A DNA stretch of 63,332 nucleotides, filler included, from Globobulimina sp. (GCA_003354225.1; 14 parts of 14 records of this genome joined end to end with filler, not necessarily neighbours in it); one strand, 5' to 3'. Counted from the whole stretch's first letter, positions 48,301-61,918 are shown. The notes: generated by a model not told the origin, from the sequence alone. Made by a program: numbers and translations.

Positions 48301-49205
48301 CTGAACCACAATTATTACATTCTAAAGTTATCGAAATATACAAACATTGTTCACATTTAAAAAGATTGGGATTTTCACAAATTGGTCATTCCTTATTACA
48401 GGCAATATATTCTTGTTCCGTCAGAATGAATGAAATCGACACAACACAAAAAGTATTGATCAGATTATATGTGATTGATAATAACATTCCTCACTTAACA
48501 GAATGTATCGCAAATACACCGAAAGATATTGCAATTCCTGTCTTAGTCAACAGTTTTACAGATGTATTGAATTCAGAAGTGACCACTGTTGAGGAGGTAA
48601 TGGATGGAGTCAATAACTTGTTATCTTCATTTGCGGCTCGCTTGAATCACCAAATGTTTTTATATATATCCGAAGCATTTATGGATGCAAGATTTGTTCT
48701 TAATGCTGGTAATACTCACAATCAATTAATGTGTGCGATGAATGTAATTCGATCGAATGGAGATAGAATAAATTTTAATGCGACTCATTTGGAATCAATA
48801 TTGAATAAAATATCATATCGAATTGGTCAATTTAATGATGGGAATCATGCAATTATTTTGAGAGAATTGACAAAATGGGATGTTGCAGCCACTATTGAGT
48901 TGTTTGGGGGATTTGATTATTTTGATGTTACTAAAATCATGACTAAAATTGATAAATGGTGTTATGAATTGGGCATTTTTTATAAACCAAGCGAAGAACA
49001 AAGGATTAAATTGGTGGGATTTGGTTACAATCACATTCGGTTTTTGCTTGAATACTTTTTTACATATTCAACTTCAAAGATTCATTTAAATCCAAATCAA
49101 AGAATTGTGATTGTTTATGAAGAATCACAACTACCAACAATTCAAAAATATGTGCAAACAAAAAGTATATGTGATATATTTCGTATTGCGTATCTTGTGA
49201 TATAA
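45329..49205 (+). CDS. Large alpha-helical protein with four copies of an unrecognised repeat; probably 5'-truncated
   Basis: 1288-aa ORF beginning near the contig start; DV..(T/S).(E/D)L(F/Y)...KI.KWC motif at ~45435, 46113, 47751 and 48879. Confidence 0.8.
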
Positions 49206-49421
49206 TTTATAAGAGAACTCAGAACTTGTTGTGTATCTTCACTATTCTTCCTGTGTGGACAAAGAGCTGGTTTTCAGCAAATATCTGCGTATCAAAGAGC
49301 AAACCGTTCTGATGACTTGAATTGTGGTTTTTTTTAGGAAAACTGTAAAAACAAGTACTAGTATAATAAAATGCGAATAAAAAAAAGAAACTTATAATAT
49401 AATATATATACATTTACACAG

Positions 49422-49755
49422 TTACATTCCAACACAATAAGCTTCTAATATAGCAGTAATATTCATAGTATCGACTCTAACCGTAATAACAATGTCTGTT
49501 TTCGCTTTCCAATATTTTGTATCACCCATATTATTTCCTCCATTGGTAGGTATTAATAAACAATGCGATATATATTTATAATTTGGTTTTTTAAATGCTT
49601 TTAAAATTTCATCCGCTGCTCCAACGATAGCATTCGTTAATTGATTCACATTGTTATCAAATAAACTATTTCCTAAAATCGCTTCCATTCTTTGTTTCAT
49701 GTGCATCATAAATTCATTTTGTGATTCTTCATCCCAATATTTTGATTTTTTTTGA
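49422..49755 (-). CDS. Tctex-1 family dynein light chain-like protein, 5'-truncated
   Basis: KP.YKYISHCLL....GG......YW...TD..ITVR......AI...Y pattern of Tctex-1/DYNLT. Confidence 0.7.
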
Positions 49756-50172
49756 NNNNNNNNNNNNNNNNNNNNNNNNNNNNNNNNNNNNNNNNNNNNT
49801 TAATTAATTAANNNNNNNNNNNNNNNNNNNNNNNNNNNNNNNNNNNNNNNNNNNNTATTAATGGATATATGTATGGTAGATTTGTATTAAATTTTGTAAT
49901 TACTATGCTGTCGGGTTTAATGGTAATTTCATGCTGTTGCAGTATTTATTATTTTTGTGTTCGATCTGGTAAAAATGTAACTGGTCAGAAGGTACATGTA
50001 TTCGATCAAGTTGTTGTTAGTGGAGAGGAAGCCAATATGATTGATGAACAAAATTATCAATAATTGTTTTTGTTTTGTTTAAAATTTTGTACAGTTTTAT
50101 ATTCACTTTATGTTTATGTACAGTTTTAAACCCAGTTTTAATAATTAATATATGATATTATTATACAATGTT

Positions 50173-51219
50173 TTACATGTTGGGAAATCCACAGACTTTC
50201 GGATCTTTAGGTACAGCAATACTGGCTAAATCTAACATGTCTTCTTGTATGATCTCAAAATCAAACACATCCAAATTCTCTTTCATATGCTCAATATCCC
50301 AAGTTCTTGGATTAATGACTAAACCCTGTTGTAATTGCCATCGTAACCATATTTGAGCGGCAGTTTTATTATATTTTTTACCGATATTAATAGCAAGCGT
50401 ATGATTAATCAAAATCGGTGTTTGTCCGATCCAATTTCCATACTCAAGATCAGGAGTACCTAAAGGCGCATATCCATTCACTTGAATCTTATGATCATTA
50501 CAAAAATTAACCAAATCATATTGATGCCAATATCCATGAAATTCTATCTGATCCACAGAGGGTATTAACGACTGTAATTCCATGATATATTCAATATGTA
50601 CCTGTTCAAAATTGCTTACACCGATCGCTTTGGCACCTTTTAATTCAGTAAATATATATTCATACGCTTTCCAGGTTGCTTGTATACATAATTTAATATC
50701 ATATTCGCTATTCATGCCATCACACACATTGTCTGAGGATGTCGATGCATTTTGAAATGGCCAATGTATTAATAATAAATCAATATACGTGGTATTCCAG
50801 ACAGATGTAACCTCTTCCCATTCTTTAATTGAATCGTCATATCCCAATGGCCGCCCAGGCCCAGTCTTTGATGTAATGAAAAAATCGGAACGTTTCGCTA
50901 ATGTCCAATTGCCGGTTGCATCTAATAAACCAGCTGCTGCTCCAGTTACATAGTTATAATCAATTGCGGAATCCCATCGTGTGCCACCTACGGAATACCA
51001 ATTTTGTGATACATTATACGCAGCAGTATAATTCCATACTTCTGTATAGGATATATTGCTTTTCCCTGAGCCTTTACCATATGACCCTGTTCCAATACCG
51101 ATTACTGGCATTTCAGTACCTGGTACGGCAGCATTGTATAATTTTACTGTTGGTATCTTTGGCGCTGGTTTTGCTGATAAACATAATATCAGTGAACACA
51201 AGGCTAATGAAGCAAGCAT
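50173..51219 (-). CDS. Aldo-keto reductase with N-terminal signal peptide
   Basis: MPVIGIGT, DSAIDY, FITSK, IDLLLIHWP, AIGVSNF, QIEFH, YAPLG and AQIWLRW; hydrophobic start MLASLALCSLILCLSA. Confidence 0.92.
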   Translation of the reverse strand: MLASLALCSLILCLSAKPAPKIPTVKLYNAAVPGTEMPVIGIGTGSYGKGSGKSNISYTEVWNYTAAYNVSQNWYSVGGTRWDSAIDYNYVTGAAAGLLDATGNWTLAKRSDFFITSKTGPGRPLGYDDSIKEWEEVTSVWNTTYIDLLLIHWPFQNASTSSDNVCDGMNSEYDIKLCIQATWKAYEYIFTELKGAKAIGVSNFEQVHIEYIMELQSLIPSVDQIEFHGYWHQYDLVNFCNDHKIQVNGYAPLGTPDLEYGNWIGQTPILINHTLAINIGKKYNKTAAQIWLRWQLQQGLVINPRTWDIEHMKENLDVFDFEIIQEDMLDLASIAVPKDPKVCGFPNM

Positions 51220-51653
51220 GTTTTTTGAGTTTTTCTTACAAATTGTAAAAAACAGTCGTTGAAGATGGCGTTGTGCCTTTTGTTTGCGGATCATGTCGCT
51301 GTTATTATTTGCATATCACACTTATTTGTACATTAATTTCAATCTTATTTTCTCGACGATTATTGCTCGTAAATCTGGATCTTAACGCATCTCAGAATAA
51401 TGATGTTGTTGGTATCATGCAGCTGGACACGGTACGATTAGAAAACACAGTCAACACAAACGAAATCATAGTCAGCCTGAAATGGACTCTGTTTGCTTAA
51501 ACACAAGATTTTATACAGACAAACAAATCAATTGAAAGGGAGGCAAAATTGGTTCCACACACATCCTATGATAGGTGTATATATAGCAACGTTTTTTTGT
51601 AAACAAACAGAGTTCATTTCAAAAAGGTAACGTTTTTACTAAAAGGGCCATCA

Positions 51654-53443
51654 TTATTTAATATTTTGCGCAGTGGCACAGCTTGTTGCTGAATTCAATG
51701 AACTGTCAAACAACGCATATATCTGAAATATAAAAGATGCTGCAGACAATCCCAACAATACAATCATTGAAATCAATGCTAGCCAATATCTTTTGGGTGC
51801 TTTTTTCTTTGGCACCAATTTGAGAAAAAATAAATTTGGTAAAAAATACGAAACCGATGGGTTCGTAGTCGAGCCTAAAAATCCCAGCACAACATTCAAT
51901 TGTGATACTTCCGCAGCAATCACAGCACAAATGGCCACCACACCCAAAGTTACCAAAGTATGTGGGATCCAATGCACACTCACTTTATCCACTGTAAATA
52001 CAGTGATATTCTCTCGAAATGCATAGACAAACATTGGTATGGTCAACATGCATGAAATGCATATTGTAACCGCAGATAATACGACCTCTCCATGTTTGTT
52101 AAAGTCATTCTGCAACACATTGCCGCACGCACCGTCCATAAATATCAAATATCCACACACACCAACCAATAAATAGAGTGTTACTGCGAAATATAACGAT
52201 CTCCGTATAACTTTATGCATTCTCCGTGTGCTCCGCCGTTGCAATTCAACATAAAGTGGCAACACATTCGGGTGGCACGAATATGCAAACACAAATATCG
52301 GAAAACTCGATAAAAATCCATTGGGTGTAAACTTGAACAAATCGTCAAAAGTGAGCTTAAAATTACTTTTCCAAAAACATGTATGTCGCTCAATATCATA
52401 TCCTTCAAATATCGATTCATCGTCACATAAACGGAAATAATTCACAACAATCACCAAACATAAGTAACCGCAACAAATTAACGCAATTAACGATCCATAA
52501 CGCAACGCATTCATTGAACGCATCAATGACAACGGAAAAACAACAAACGCCGCCACACTGAAAACCAATTCTTTGTATATGCTATTTCGTGTATTCATAA
52601 CTACGGAATACACCAAATCCAAAATTCCGCCACAAGCGACAAAATAAGAAACTGTGGTTCCAAACAAATTGCACATTAGATTTATGCTGGTATATGCTGC
52701 CAAATATTTCCCGCCAGCTTTTTTTGCCAAATTCCGGTAAGACGGTCGATCTTCAATATATATACCAGCATAGACCAAGAAATGCAAGGATAGGAAAGTA
52801 AAACCAGAGGCTAATAATAATAACAATATACCTAAGAACAATCCAGATACGCTGCATTTTGTTTGGAGTGCAAGGATGTGATATTGAAATAAGAGAAGGA
52901 TAACTTACCGAAAAGCCCACGGCAGTGATAATGCGCCGGCACCAACAATACATATAATCAATGTGAATATAGATCCTTTAATAGAACCCGCTTGGAATTT
53001 GTCCTGCAAATATAATGATGCACCACGGGGTGACCATAGCGCATAGGTTGCGGGCTTGGTTGGTGTACCAACTACTAATAAATTGTCACAGTATGGATCG
53101 TTTAATGATGGTTGAATGCGTTGTGGTGCTTTCGGTGAGGATTGTGGCAGTTGTTGGATATGTGTTAGATTCGAAGATAATACATTTGATTGAATATGAT
53201 CAGCGGTAATTACATTGACACATTGCGGGTGGGCGAATTGGTCGTAAGTTCCCAGACTTGCATAGGCTGCGTTATCGCCATCATCGTCATCCTCCTCCAA
53301 CTGACTATGTTGTTATAGTTTGTTTACAGTTTACACGTAAATGCTATATACACACTGTACTTGTATTCGTATATTGATAAGTGCCGGTTGTGTTCTTCAT
53401 TGTTTGCGTCTGTGATAAGAGGCTCGATTTGAGTGTCTGCCAT
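51654..53443 (-). CDS. Amino acid transporter, AAAP/SLC38 family; 3 exons
   Basis: GSIFTL...IVGAGALSLPWAF, FPLSLMRSMNALRY.S, PIFVFAYSCHPNV and ~11 TM helices. Intron 52908-52852; probable ATG at 53443. Confidence 0.92.
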
Positions 53444-54381
53444 TGTGATTTGAGTACTACAATGATGTGTTATTAAATATGTATGGAACATGCAAAGGAC
53501 AATGCGAGCTTCAGGCTTCAGCTCTGGCTAGAACCTCATTACAGAAATACAGTGAAAAGTTGGAATAATATCATAAATGGATTGGTTGTTACTTTGCAAA
53601 TCTGATTCAATCAGTTATCGCTTGATGCAGATGCATATGAGCTCGAGGCTCAATTAACCATTTTATTAAGAAGCATGGCGAGATTTATGAAGAAGCATGG
53701 CGAGAAACGATTGAATTACAAGCAACCTCTGATGCTAATTAGAATTCTGGTTCTAATTGGAGAGTGATTCTGATACCATAAATATTATATTGTTTCTGTT
53801 TCTATCATTTTAACATCAATTTTACATCAATACATGTTATAATTCTATAATGTAAAACAAATTATTATTCAAATAAAATATCACCAACTTGGCGAGTAAA
53901 AAAAATGAATCACAAACATCCAACAACAATATTCAGGCTCAACTACTCTTTGCTTTTAACGTATTCAGGTGCCAATTCATCAGATATTAAATTTCTGATT
54001 GATACAAATTATTTGAAAAAACTACTTAACGTTTAGAACAAAAGTTAAACTGGAAAATTTGCAATTTGTCATGTAGAATGTGACATGCCAGATATCGAAG
54101 TTTCTGAGCATTTTTAGGGACTCTCAAAAACTGCTGATTATCCCATTTGAGTAGGTTTTAAGTTCAAATGATGGCAACAAGCACCAAACAGCTTTCATCC
54201 CGAACAACAAACGCTGTTACAACTAACTACAATGTATCGGATTCACTCGAAGATTTAAAGGAGAAATTATCTGATGAATTGNNNNNNNNNNNNNNNNNNN
54301 NNNNNNNNNNNNNNNNNNNNNNNNNTTAATTAATTAANNNNNNNNNNNNNNNNNNNNNNNNNNNNNNNNNNNNNNNNNNNN

Positions 54382-56900
54382 GCAACAAAGGCACGCTCCG
54401 ACAAAAATACTTGAAAAAAGCGCGATAAATCTTCTATAAAATATTCTGGAATGATGCTCGATAATTGTTCCCCATTCGAATGCGTCAATAAATATAATAA
54501 ATATTTGCAGAAAAAGCCATAAAAACTACCCACCATTAACATAAACTGTATATATATTAAAATCATTTAATATCATTGCACAAAAAAAAAACTAAATCTA
54601 CCACCAGCTCGACGAACAAAATGCGATTACAATTTTTATTCAAATCCGGCACAGCAAATCACACAAAAACTGCGCAAAATGCAACGGATACAATGAATAA
54701 ACACAGATCGTCCTCTAATTATACTGATGGATGATAGAAATAAAAAAAAAGAATCATAAACCAAAACCAGTATGACACTCAATTTGATTTATATCAAAAA
54801 TAGAAATTATAAATCAACTCATGGGAGAAACATGAAACATAACTCTGGTATCCATGAGATGCGCAATTTGCGCTAACAACCTCTTTTCTAATCGTTGTAT
54901 ATTCATATTAATAAGTATTGCGGCCACAGGATTGGCTCTGGCCTCTCTCCGTAGTCTCTCAATGTGCACTTTTAAGCGATGCAATTCGTTTTCGACACAG
55001 CTGAAACCCAAATGCAATGCTTCCAACGTCAAACAAAATACTTCTGTGGTAAAACCAAAGCTGGGCTCTGTCTGACTTTGCTCCGATTTTTGCTCACTCC
55101 CACTTCCATATAACTTATCTGTCAAAAGTTGTATTTGCTGATTATCTGCGGAGAGCCGGGTCGCGTCTTGCCAGCACATATAATTTCTGGATTGCTTAAT
55201 TAAAAAATATCTCACATCAATTTTGCTGAGCAAGTTCCGTTTAATGATTGGTTCACATAACTTCAATAACAAATAATTTAAGTTCAACATGAAACCATCC
55301 GTGGACACAATGGTGTGGTCAAAGCGCATTTTGCCGCGATCTAAATTGATATAAATGAAATAACTCAATAATCGCAATACATTCTCTTTACATTTTTTAT
55401 TCTTAATACGGACGAAATTGTTAAATACGCAGTAAATGCCGTTTTGTAACTCGTTGACAATTAAGCGATACTCAGAAAATGATGAATTTATGTTTTTTTG
55501 TAATTGAGGGTTGTTTTGGATATCCTCCGTTGTCAACTTATTGAATAAGCCGTTGATATCTGGCGTTTCGAAGGACAGATTTAGTAAACCGCCCATTACT
55601 GATTCAACTATGATGTTATGCGCATTTGGTTTACTATTTTTTATTTGTGCAATGCTCAGGTAATTCTCGCGCGGGATCCAGAATGGTTTGGTTTTGTCCA
55701 TTAGGTATAATGCAAATTTCTCGATTTGAGATAATTTTATTAATGCGTTGGTCGCTGAGGAGAAATTACTACGCAACACATTCAAACTTATGCTTTTGAT
55801 CGAACTCATACATTTATCCAATACATCATCTATGGAATCGTTCTCAATCTGTTCAAATAAGCCTGTAATGTCAACATGTTTGAAAACATTGTAACTTAAT
55901 TTTCTTAGTCAAAAACATTTCAAGCATGTCGCCATTACCAACACAGAAGTTTGTTAAGTAATATTCTGGATTGATAATGAGATTTTTGTTGTATATATAT
56001 TATATGCTTAACGTATGAGAAATCCTTTGGGGAAATCACGTCCTTTGACATGAGAGTTAAGAACATGTTGAAATTCCTGCTGCGATTTGAGGAAATCTTC
56101 CATTGTGGTTAGATCCGGCGTAGACAGCAATATTTGACAAAATGTCAATATACACGTTTGTATATTTGATACAATTTGCAATTGATCTTTTTGCGGAATA
56201 ATAGCAGTCCAATAGTTATTTATTCGAGTCTCGAAATCAATGCATCGTTGATAGGATTGCAATAAATATTTGAATGAGGATTTATAAATTCCAAATTCAC
56301 ATTGAAATCTATCAATAAATATTGCTTCGATGGTTGACGATGATATTGGTGTCTCCTCATTGATTATGCAATATTTATCGATATTTGATAGCAACTGTTT
56401 GAATTCAGTCACTTTTGCACTATATTTATTATAATCGGATAAATCATTATGCCGTATTTCCAAAATGCACATCACTGCCAAATATTCATATGCTATATCT
56501 GCAGATATTTCATTTTTAATCTCATTTTCATCACAGTTTTTGATGGATAATTTCATTGATACATCCTCTGATAAATCGTCAATAGCATTGTCTTCTGTTT
56601 CTGTTTCTGTCTTCCTTTTCTATGTATTTTGCGAATTTGCGGTTTGGAAACTCAAATATTGCTGTTTTGTATTGTAACTTTGTGAGGTGGTGATTCTATG
56701 GATTCTGAAGTTGCTGGTTGAGATACTATGGCAGCTTCTAGTTTCCCTAATCGTTTGTCTGCTAATTCTTGTTTGGATAACGGCTTTTTTGGTGGTGGTT
56801 GGGTCGGTGGATTTGAGTTGCTATTCGTGTTTGGTTCGTTCTTTTTTTCTTCTTCTGTTTCTGTTTTGGAACCAAAAACTGATCGCAGTAATGATGCCAT
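54382..56900 (-). CDS. UFD2: Ubiquitin conjugation factor E4 (UFD2/UBE4), multi-exon, 3'-truncated
   Basis: KRL.KL N-terminus, YLLQSYQR, STDGFMLNL..LL.LCEP, F.TE.F.LT...LHLG and PEYFIED across ORFs 56652.., 56008.., 54814.. and 54330... Confidence 0.85.
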
Positions 56901-56953
56901 GAACACACTGTTGACTGTTGAGCAAATTTAAAAAAACGTTGAAGATATGCAAT

Positions 56954-58807
56954 ATGCAATGGCATCTACACGAAAAGACATTGCAGCAATTTAAAAGATA
57001 CAAACCAGGCCAGTTTTTTACCTGTCCCGACCAATGCACAGTAAATAAAATCCCATTTTCATTATCAATTTATCCAAATGGTTGGAATAATCAAAATAGC
57101 GGTGTTGTTAACATATATTTATTCACCAAAAAACATTTTGAATCCCAGACAATCAAAATAAAATATAACCTCACCTGCCTTCAAACACAAACCATATGGA
57201 TCAACGAGTTCGAGTTCAATAAAAACAGCAAAAATCATCAATTACAAAACATGTTAAAAACACATCAACTCCTAACCAATAAACACATTACATTCGAATT
57301 AGCAATCTCACAAACTCCAACCAAGCCCACTGAGTCCAAGTCCATCTCATATCAGTCATATGTACAAAAACTATCACATAACAACACTAACGACGACAAA
57401 CCAAACTTATATCCGGCTGTTGCCAGCAACGCAAACCACGCAAACCACGCAACAGAACAGAATCCGTCGTCAACTGCAGATATTATTTGGGAGTTCAACG
57501 AATCGGATATTAAGAAAAGATTAATAAGTAAAGCAGTCTCGTCGTACATCAAAAGTCCTAAATTCGTGGTCAATGACTTATGCTGGAAACTGAAATGCTA
57601 TCCCAATGGAAACAATTTGTATCCCGGTCAGTTCACATTATACTTGGATTTATTGCTTATTCCAGAGGCGATATACACGTTACAATGTAGCATCTCATTA
57701 CATATTCCACAGACAAACACCAGATATTACAAAAGTTACTGTTATAACCACCAACAGGACAATGCCTGTCTGTTATTGCCATGTGGATATTTGCCGACCG
57801 CTGCTCTCTACAAATTGACTACTTTGCGCATAATATTACGCATTGACATTCGACGCATTAATTTTAATTACAATCCGAACGACCACAATGAAGTAGGTAT
57901 TATCAAATTGTATCACAGCATAAAGTTATCCAATAATATAGCTTTCAAATGGAATATATGCAAGCAATTATTCACACAATTTAAAACTGCTCAATTTGGG
58001 CAATATTTTGCATCCAGAAAGCATGAATGGTGGTATTTAGTGATTGCGCCAAATGGCAGTGTTTGCAATAAAGGGAGCAATGGTCGCGTCATATTGTCGT
58101 TGTGTTTGATGGACTTCCCGGGCAATTTTGGCGTGATTACTGCAAATATCATATTGAAATGTAATGAGAAATATGTGTGGAAACATACGGCAGCCTTTAA
58201 AAATAGTGGAAATGGGAAGGAATCGTCGTTTTGTTCATGGTCAAATGACACATTGTCATACAAGCAATTGATGCAAATGACAGCAGTGGAGTTTTCATGC
58301 GAGATTGATATCATTGCTATTTATGACAGAACTGGCCACGAAGTGACTCATCAAACGTATAAAATGTCGATAGCACCAAAGCAAAACACAGTATGTGGGG
58401 TTGTTAGTAATTGCAAGGACAATGAGGAAAAGTATGAATATTCGGATCCAGAGGATGGGAATGATGGTGTTGTGGGGAATGAGTGTGAAACGCCAGGATT
58501 TGTGTGCGTTGTTGGTGAGAATAAATGTGAGAATGATGGGGATAATGATAAGGAGAATAATTATAATGTGATAATGGAGAATCAAATGAAATTACGAAAT
58601 GAGATTGAATTTTTAACGAAAGAATTGAAGAGATTGAAGCAAAGCAAATTGAATGGGAATAATAATATGAATCATATAAAATCGTTTAAAAAATGGTATG
58701 ATTTGGAAGTACAACTGCCGCAGTATTATGATAAATTTATTCAAGCTGGATTCGATTCATTGTTAGCGGTGCATGAGATTAATGATTCAGATTTAATTGC
58801 TTTAGGA
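56954..58807 (+). CDS. Protein with three MATH-like domains, coiled coil and C-terminal SAM domain, 3'-truncated
   Basis: Three repeats of W.....F.......F.S...W.L..(Y/A)PNG; ends in W....V.LPQYYDKF..AGFDSL.....I..SDL..LG. Confidence 0.8.
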
Positions 58808-59562
58808 NNNNNNNNNNNNNNNNNNNNNNNNNNNNNNNNNNNNNNNNNNNNTTAATTAATTAANNNNNNNNNNNNNNNNNNNNNNNNNNNNNNNNNNNNN
58901 NNNNNNNGCATGGTGTTGATGTTTATGTATCCAAAGACAATCAATCTGACAATGACGAATTGAGAGTGTTAACAGATGAGGCATCAAATGAATCGAATGA
59001 ATCTAATAAAGAAACGATTAAATATGATTCAGAAATTATGAAATTCAGAAAACATTATGAGAATAGAAATGATATTGTTTCAAACTTACCAATGGTTAAA
59101 GAATCAATATCAGTGGAATATAAACTGAATAATGAGTATCTGTATGATGGTTATGCGGATGCTGAAGATGATAATATATCGTTAATTGATACAAAGTGTG
59201 CGGATGCAATTGGACGAATAAATGAAAAAGAAAACAAATCACGAAAAATACCACGAGGTTTTAATGAACAACCAAATAATTCATGTGTTCTTTTTGGATG
59301 TACTTTGTGGTGATCATGCAATTGTAATTTTTTATACATGTGTTATTTATACATACTTTAATTACTTTTCCTCACTAAACGCAGTATATTGCTCGCCAGG
59401 TTATATGTTAAATAATTGAACTAAGGACGGTATGTGTTTAATTAAAATAAAATACTCCAACTAGGCAACTACAGGCTACAGCCGGCCTGTACTACAGTCC
59501 AAATAAGAAAATTAAACTTTGCAATATTTAAAGTAAAAAACATCCAAAAAACAAATCAAACA

Positions 59563-60964
59563 ATGTCGTATCCCACACGTTTAGAGACATTGGAATGCGG
59601 GAACTGTGAAGAAGCGCCAGCATTATTAGGTATACGCCGAGTAAGCGGTGGAGTGCAACGCGTCCCCTGCGTATTCACACCAATCCGCGGTGCCTGTTCC
59701 GCCTATATTGTGGTCCCAAAAGGATTCGTAGCATTGGTCAACCGACATGGCCGCTATGTCGGGCAATGGGATGCCGGTTTCAAATGGGCCCCGCCATGGG
59801 TCACCGTGTCGCATTTAGTGCCAACGCAATTCATTGTGTATGACACGCCGGTAAAAGAGTGTCCGACGCAGGACAACGTGATGGTGACTATCGACGTTAC
59901 CTTAGTATTACGCATCGTTACCGAAGAAGAGAAATCTTGCTATAATTTCTGTTACAAGTTAGGCCCCCGAGGTTTAGACGAAATGTTGAAGGCCTTTCAA
60001 GAGGAATCCATCCGTGGCATGGCCCGCAAAAGGAAATACAACGAAATCTATGATTTGATGGATTCACAGCAAGACAAGCAATTAGATGCACAGCGGAGGG
60101 AATTGAATGACCATTTCAGTAATTACGGGGTGACCATCACCGATATATCCGTGACCAATGTCCATTTACCGCACGAATTCGCGGACACCATGCAAGAAGC
60201 CACAGTGTGGCATAACCGAAACATGTTCAAAACGTTGCAGCAAGAATATGATTTGAGAGTTAATGTTACATTCAATAATAAGCAACGCATAATCGCATAT
60301 TGCTGTGTATGACATATAGAAAATCGAAGTGCGAGAGGCGGAAGCAAAGGATAAGCAAAAATTGAAGGAGGAGTTGGAGGAATTCACTGCGGAAAAGGAT
60401 AAGGATGTGGCCGATTTGCGTAAAAAAAAGAAGAATGTGGACGCGGAGACCGAGAAACAATTATCGATCATTCGGGAGTCGCAAGCCGCGGACGTTTTGG
60501 ATATCAAATCCAACGCGGAATTGGTCGTCGCAAAGTTGAATAGTGAGCGTGATATCAGATTAGCTCAAATCAAATCTGGCGGGCAAGCCGAGTCTGATCA
60601 AATTAACGTTGAAACCACAACTTATGTACAAACAAAAAAAGCCGATGCTGAAGCCGAAATTGCTAAAAATAATGGTACTTTTTTTATATATATATATACA
60701 GTGGTTTTTGAGTGTGAAAATGTGTGATATATAGCTGTTTCGTTGAAAATGAGGGCGGATGCGGAAGCTTTTAGTGCCAGGCAGTTGGTGGCGAGGAGGA
60801 AATATGAAGCTAAGATGAGATCGCTTCAATCATTGCGGGCTCTCGCGGCGAATAATAATGTGGCGATTACTGGCAATTCGAAGGATAATATTATGGCTCA
60901 ATTATTGGCCAATCAACAGGGCGGTGCTGTGTTGGGTATTAATGCTCAGGGTGGCGGATTTTAA
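59563..60964 (+). CDS. SPFH/band-7 domain protein with coiled-coil C-terminus; 3 exons
   Basis: IVVPKGFVALV.RHGRY, CPTQDNVMVTIDV and YGVTITDISVTNVHLP. Introns 60259-60319 and 60675-60734 join three ORFs in frame. Confidence 0.9.
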
Positions 60965-61552
60965 TTATTAAGACCAAATAACAAATGTAATTATGTCCTA
61001 TCTTTTTTTTAGTAATTTTTGATTTCATGGAAATTGTTGTTAATGTTTTTTGGTTTTTTGCTTTTTTTTGTTATGCATGTTCTTTTTCGTTGTGTATCGA
61101 ATTGATTATTTATGCAATGATAATTTTGTTTTGACCATTTTTGTAGAGCTTGTTTTGCCTTTTGTCGAATACAGAAAATAGATTGGCGAGTCTGTAAGAA
61201 TATAATTTGAACCACATTTAAAACGTTTTTTAAAATTATGTGCAGAGAATTGTACCCTATAACACTGTTTACCAAAAAAAACGCAGTAATTAAGACATTA
61301 CCGAGCCAAAAAGTGCCACTTTACATCGCCTAGAACCAGAAACAAGAAACGAAAAACACTTTTACCACCTCTAGAGCTGGTAAAATAGAAACGAAAAAAC
61401 ACGTACAAAAAATAAAATAAAATGTGATGATTGGGATTTGGACCCAAATCTTCTTTATAAGAAGCTTTCCTTAAGCTATCATCACATCACAATAATTTTT
61501 GCATCATCACCGAATTAAAATATCCTTGCACTGTTTCAACATATCGACATCC

Positions 61553-61860
61553 AATATCGACCAATGAGGCGACTACGTCGCCGCCATAGATAGCAAAACA
61601 AATTAAATATCGATCGATGGGCGACTGCGTCGCCACCGTAGATACCAATAAATACTCAAATATCGACAGATGAGGCGACTGCGTCGCCACCATAGATTCA
61701 ATAATAAATACAATGTCGATCGATGGGCGACTGCGTCGCCACCATCGATACCATAAAATATCCAATACAATGAGGCGACTGCGTCGCCACCATAAACGCC
61801 ATAATATATCCAATATCGACCGATGAGCCGACTGGGTCGCCAGCATAGATACCATAATAA
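61553..61860. repeat. Tandem array of six ~48-54-bp units, each with a GGCGAC-TGC-GTCGCC hairpin core
   Basis: Cores begin at ~61568, 61620, 61674, 61726, 61774 and 61827 (last one degenerate); the AT-rich linkers are mutually similar. Confidence 0.92.
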
Positions 61861-61918
61861 ATTGAATTGGTTGACTTGGGTCCATGTCCATGTTGTTGAG
61901 ATAGTAGTGGGGTAAAAT

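Noticed and set aside
53668..53705. Direct repeat AAGAAGCATGGCGAGA x2
   Set aside because: A simple local duplication in intergenic DNA with no further structure.
4442..58907. TTAATTAATTAA motif recurring every ~4.53 kb
   Set aside because: Artificial all-frame-stop linker within N runs joining length-sorted contigs; ORFs running into X residues are truncation artefacts.
61553..61860. Possible CRISPR array (palindromic repeats with spacers)
   Set aside because: Linkers are short and similar to each other, repeats are degenerate, no cas gene is present and the context is eukaryotic; it is a minisatellite-like array.
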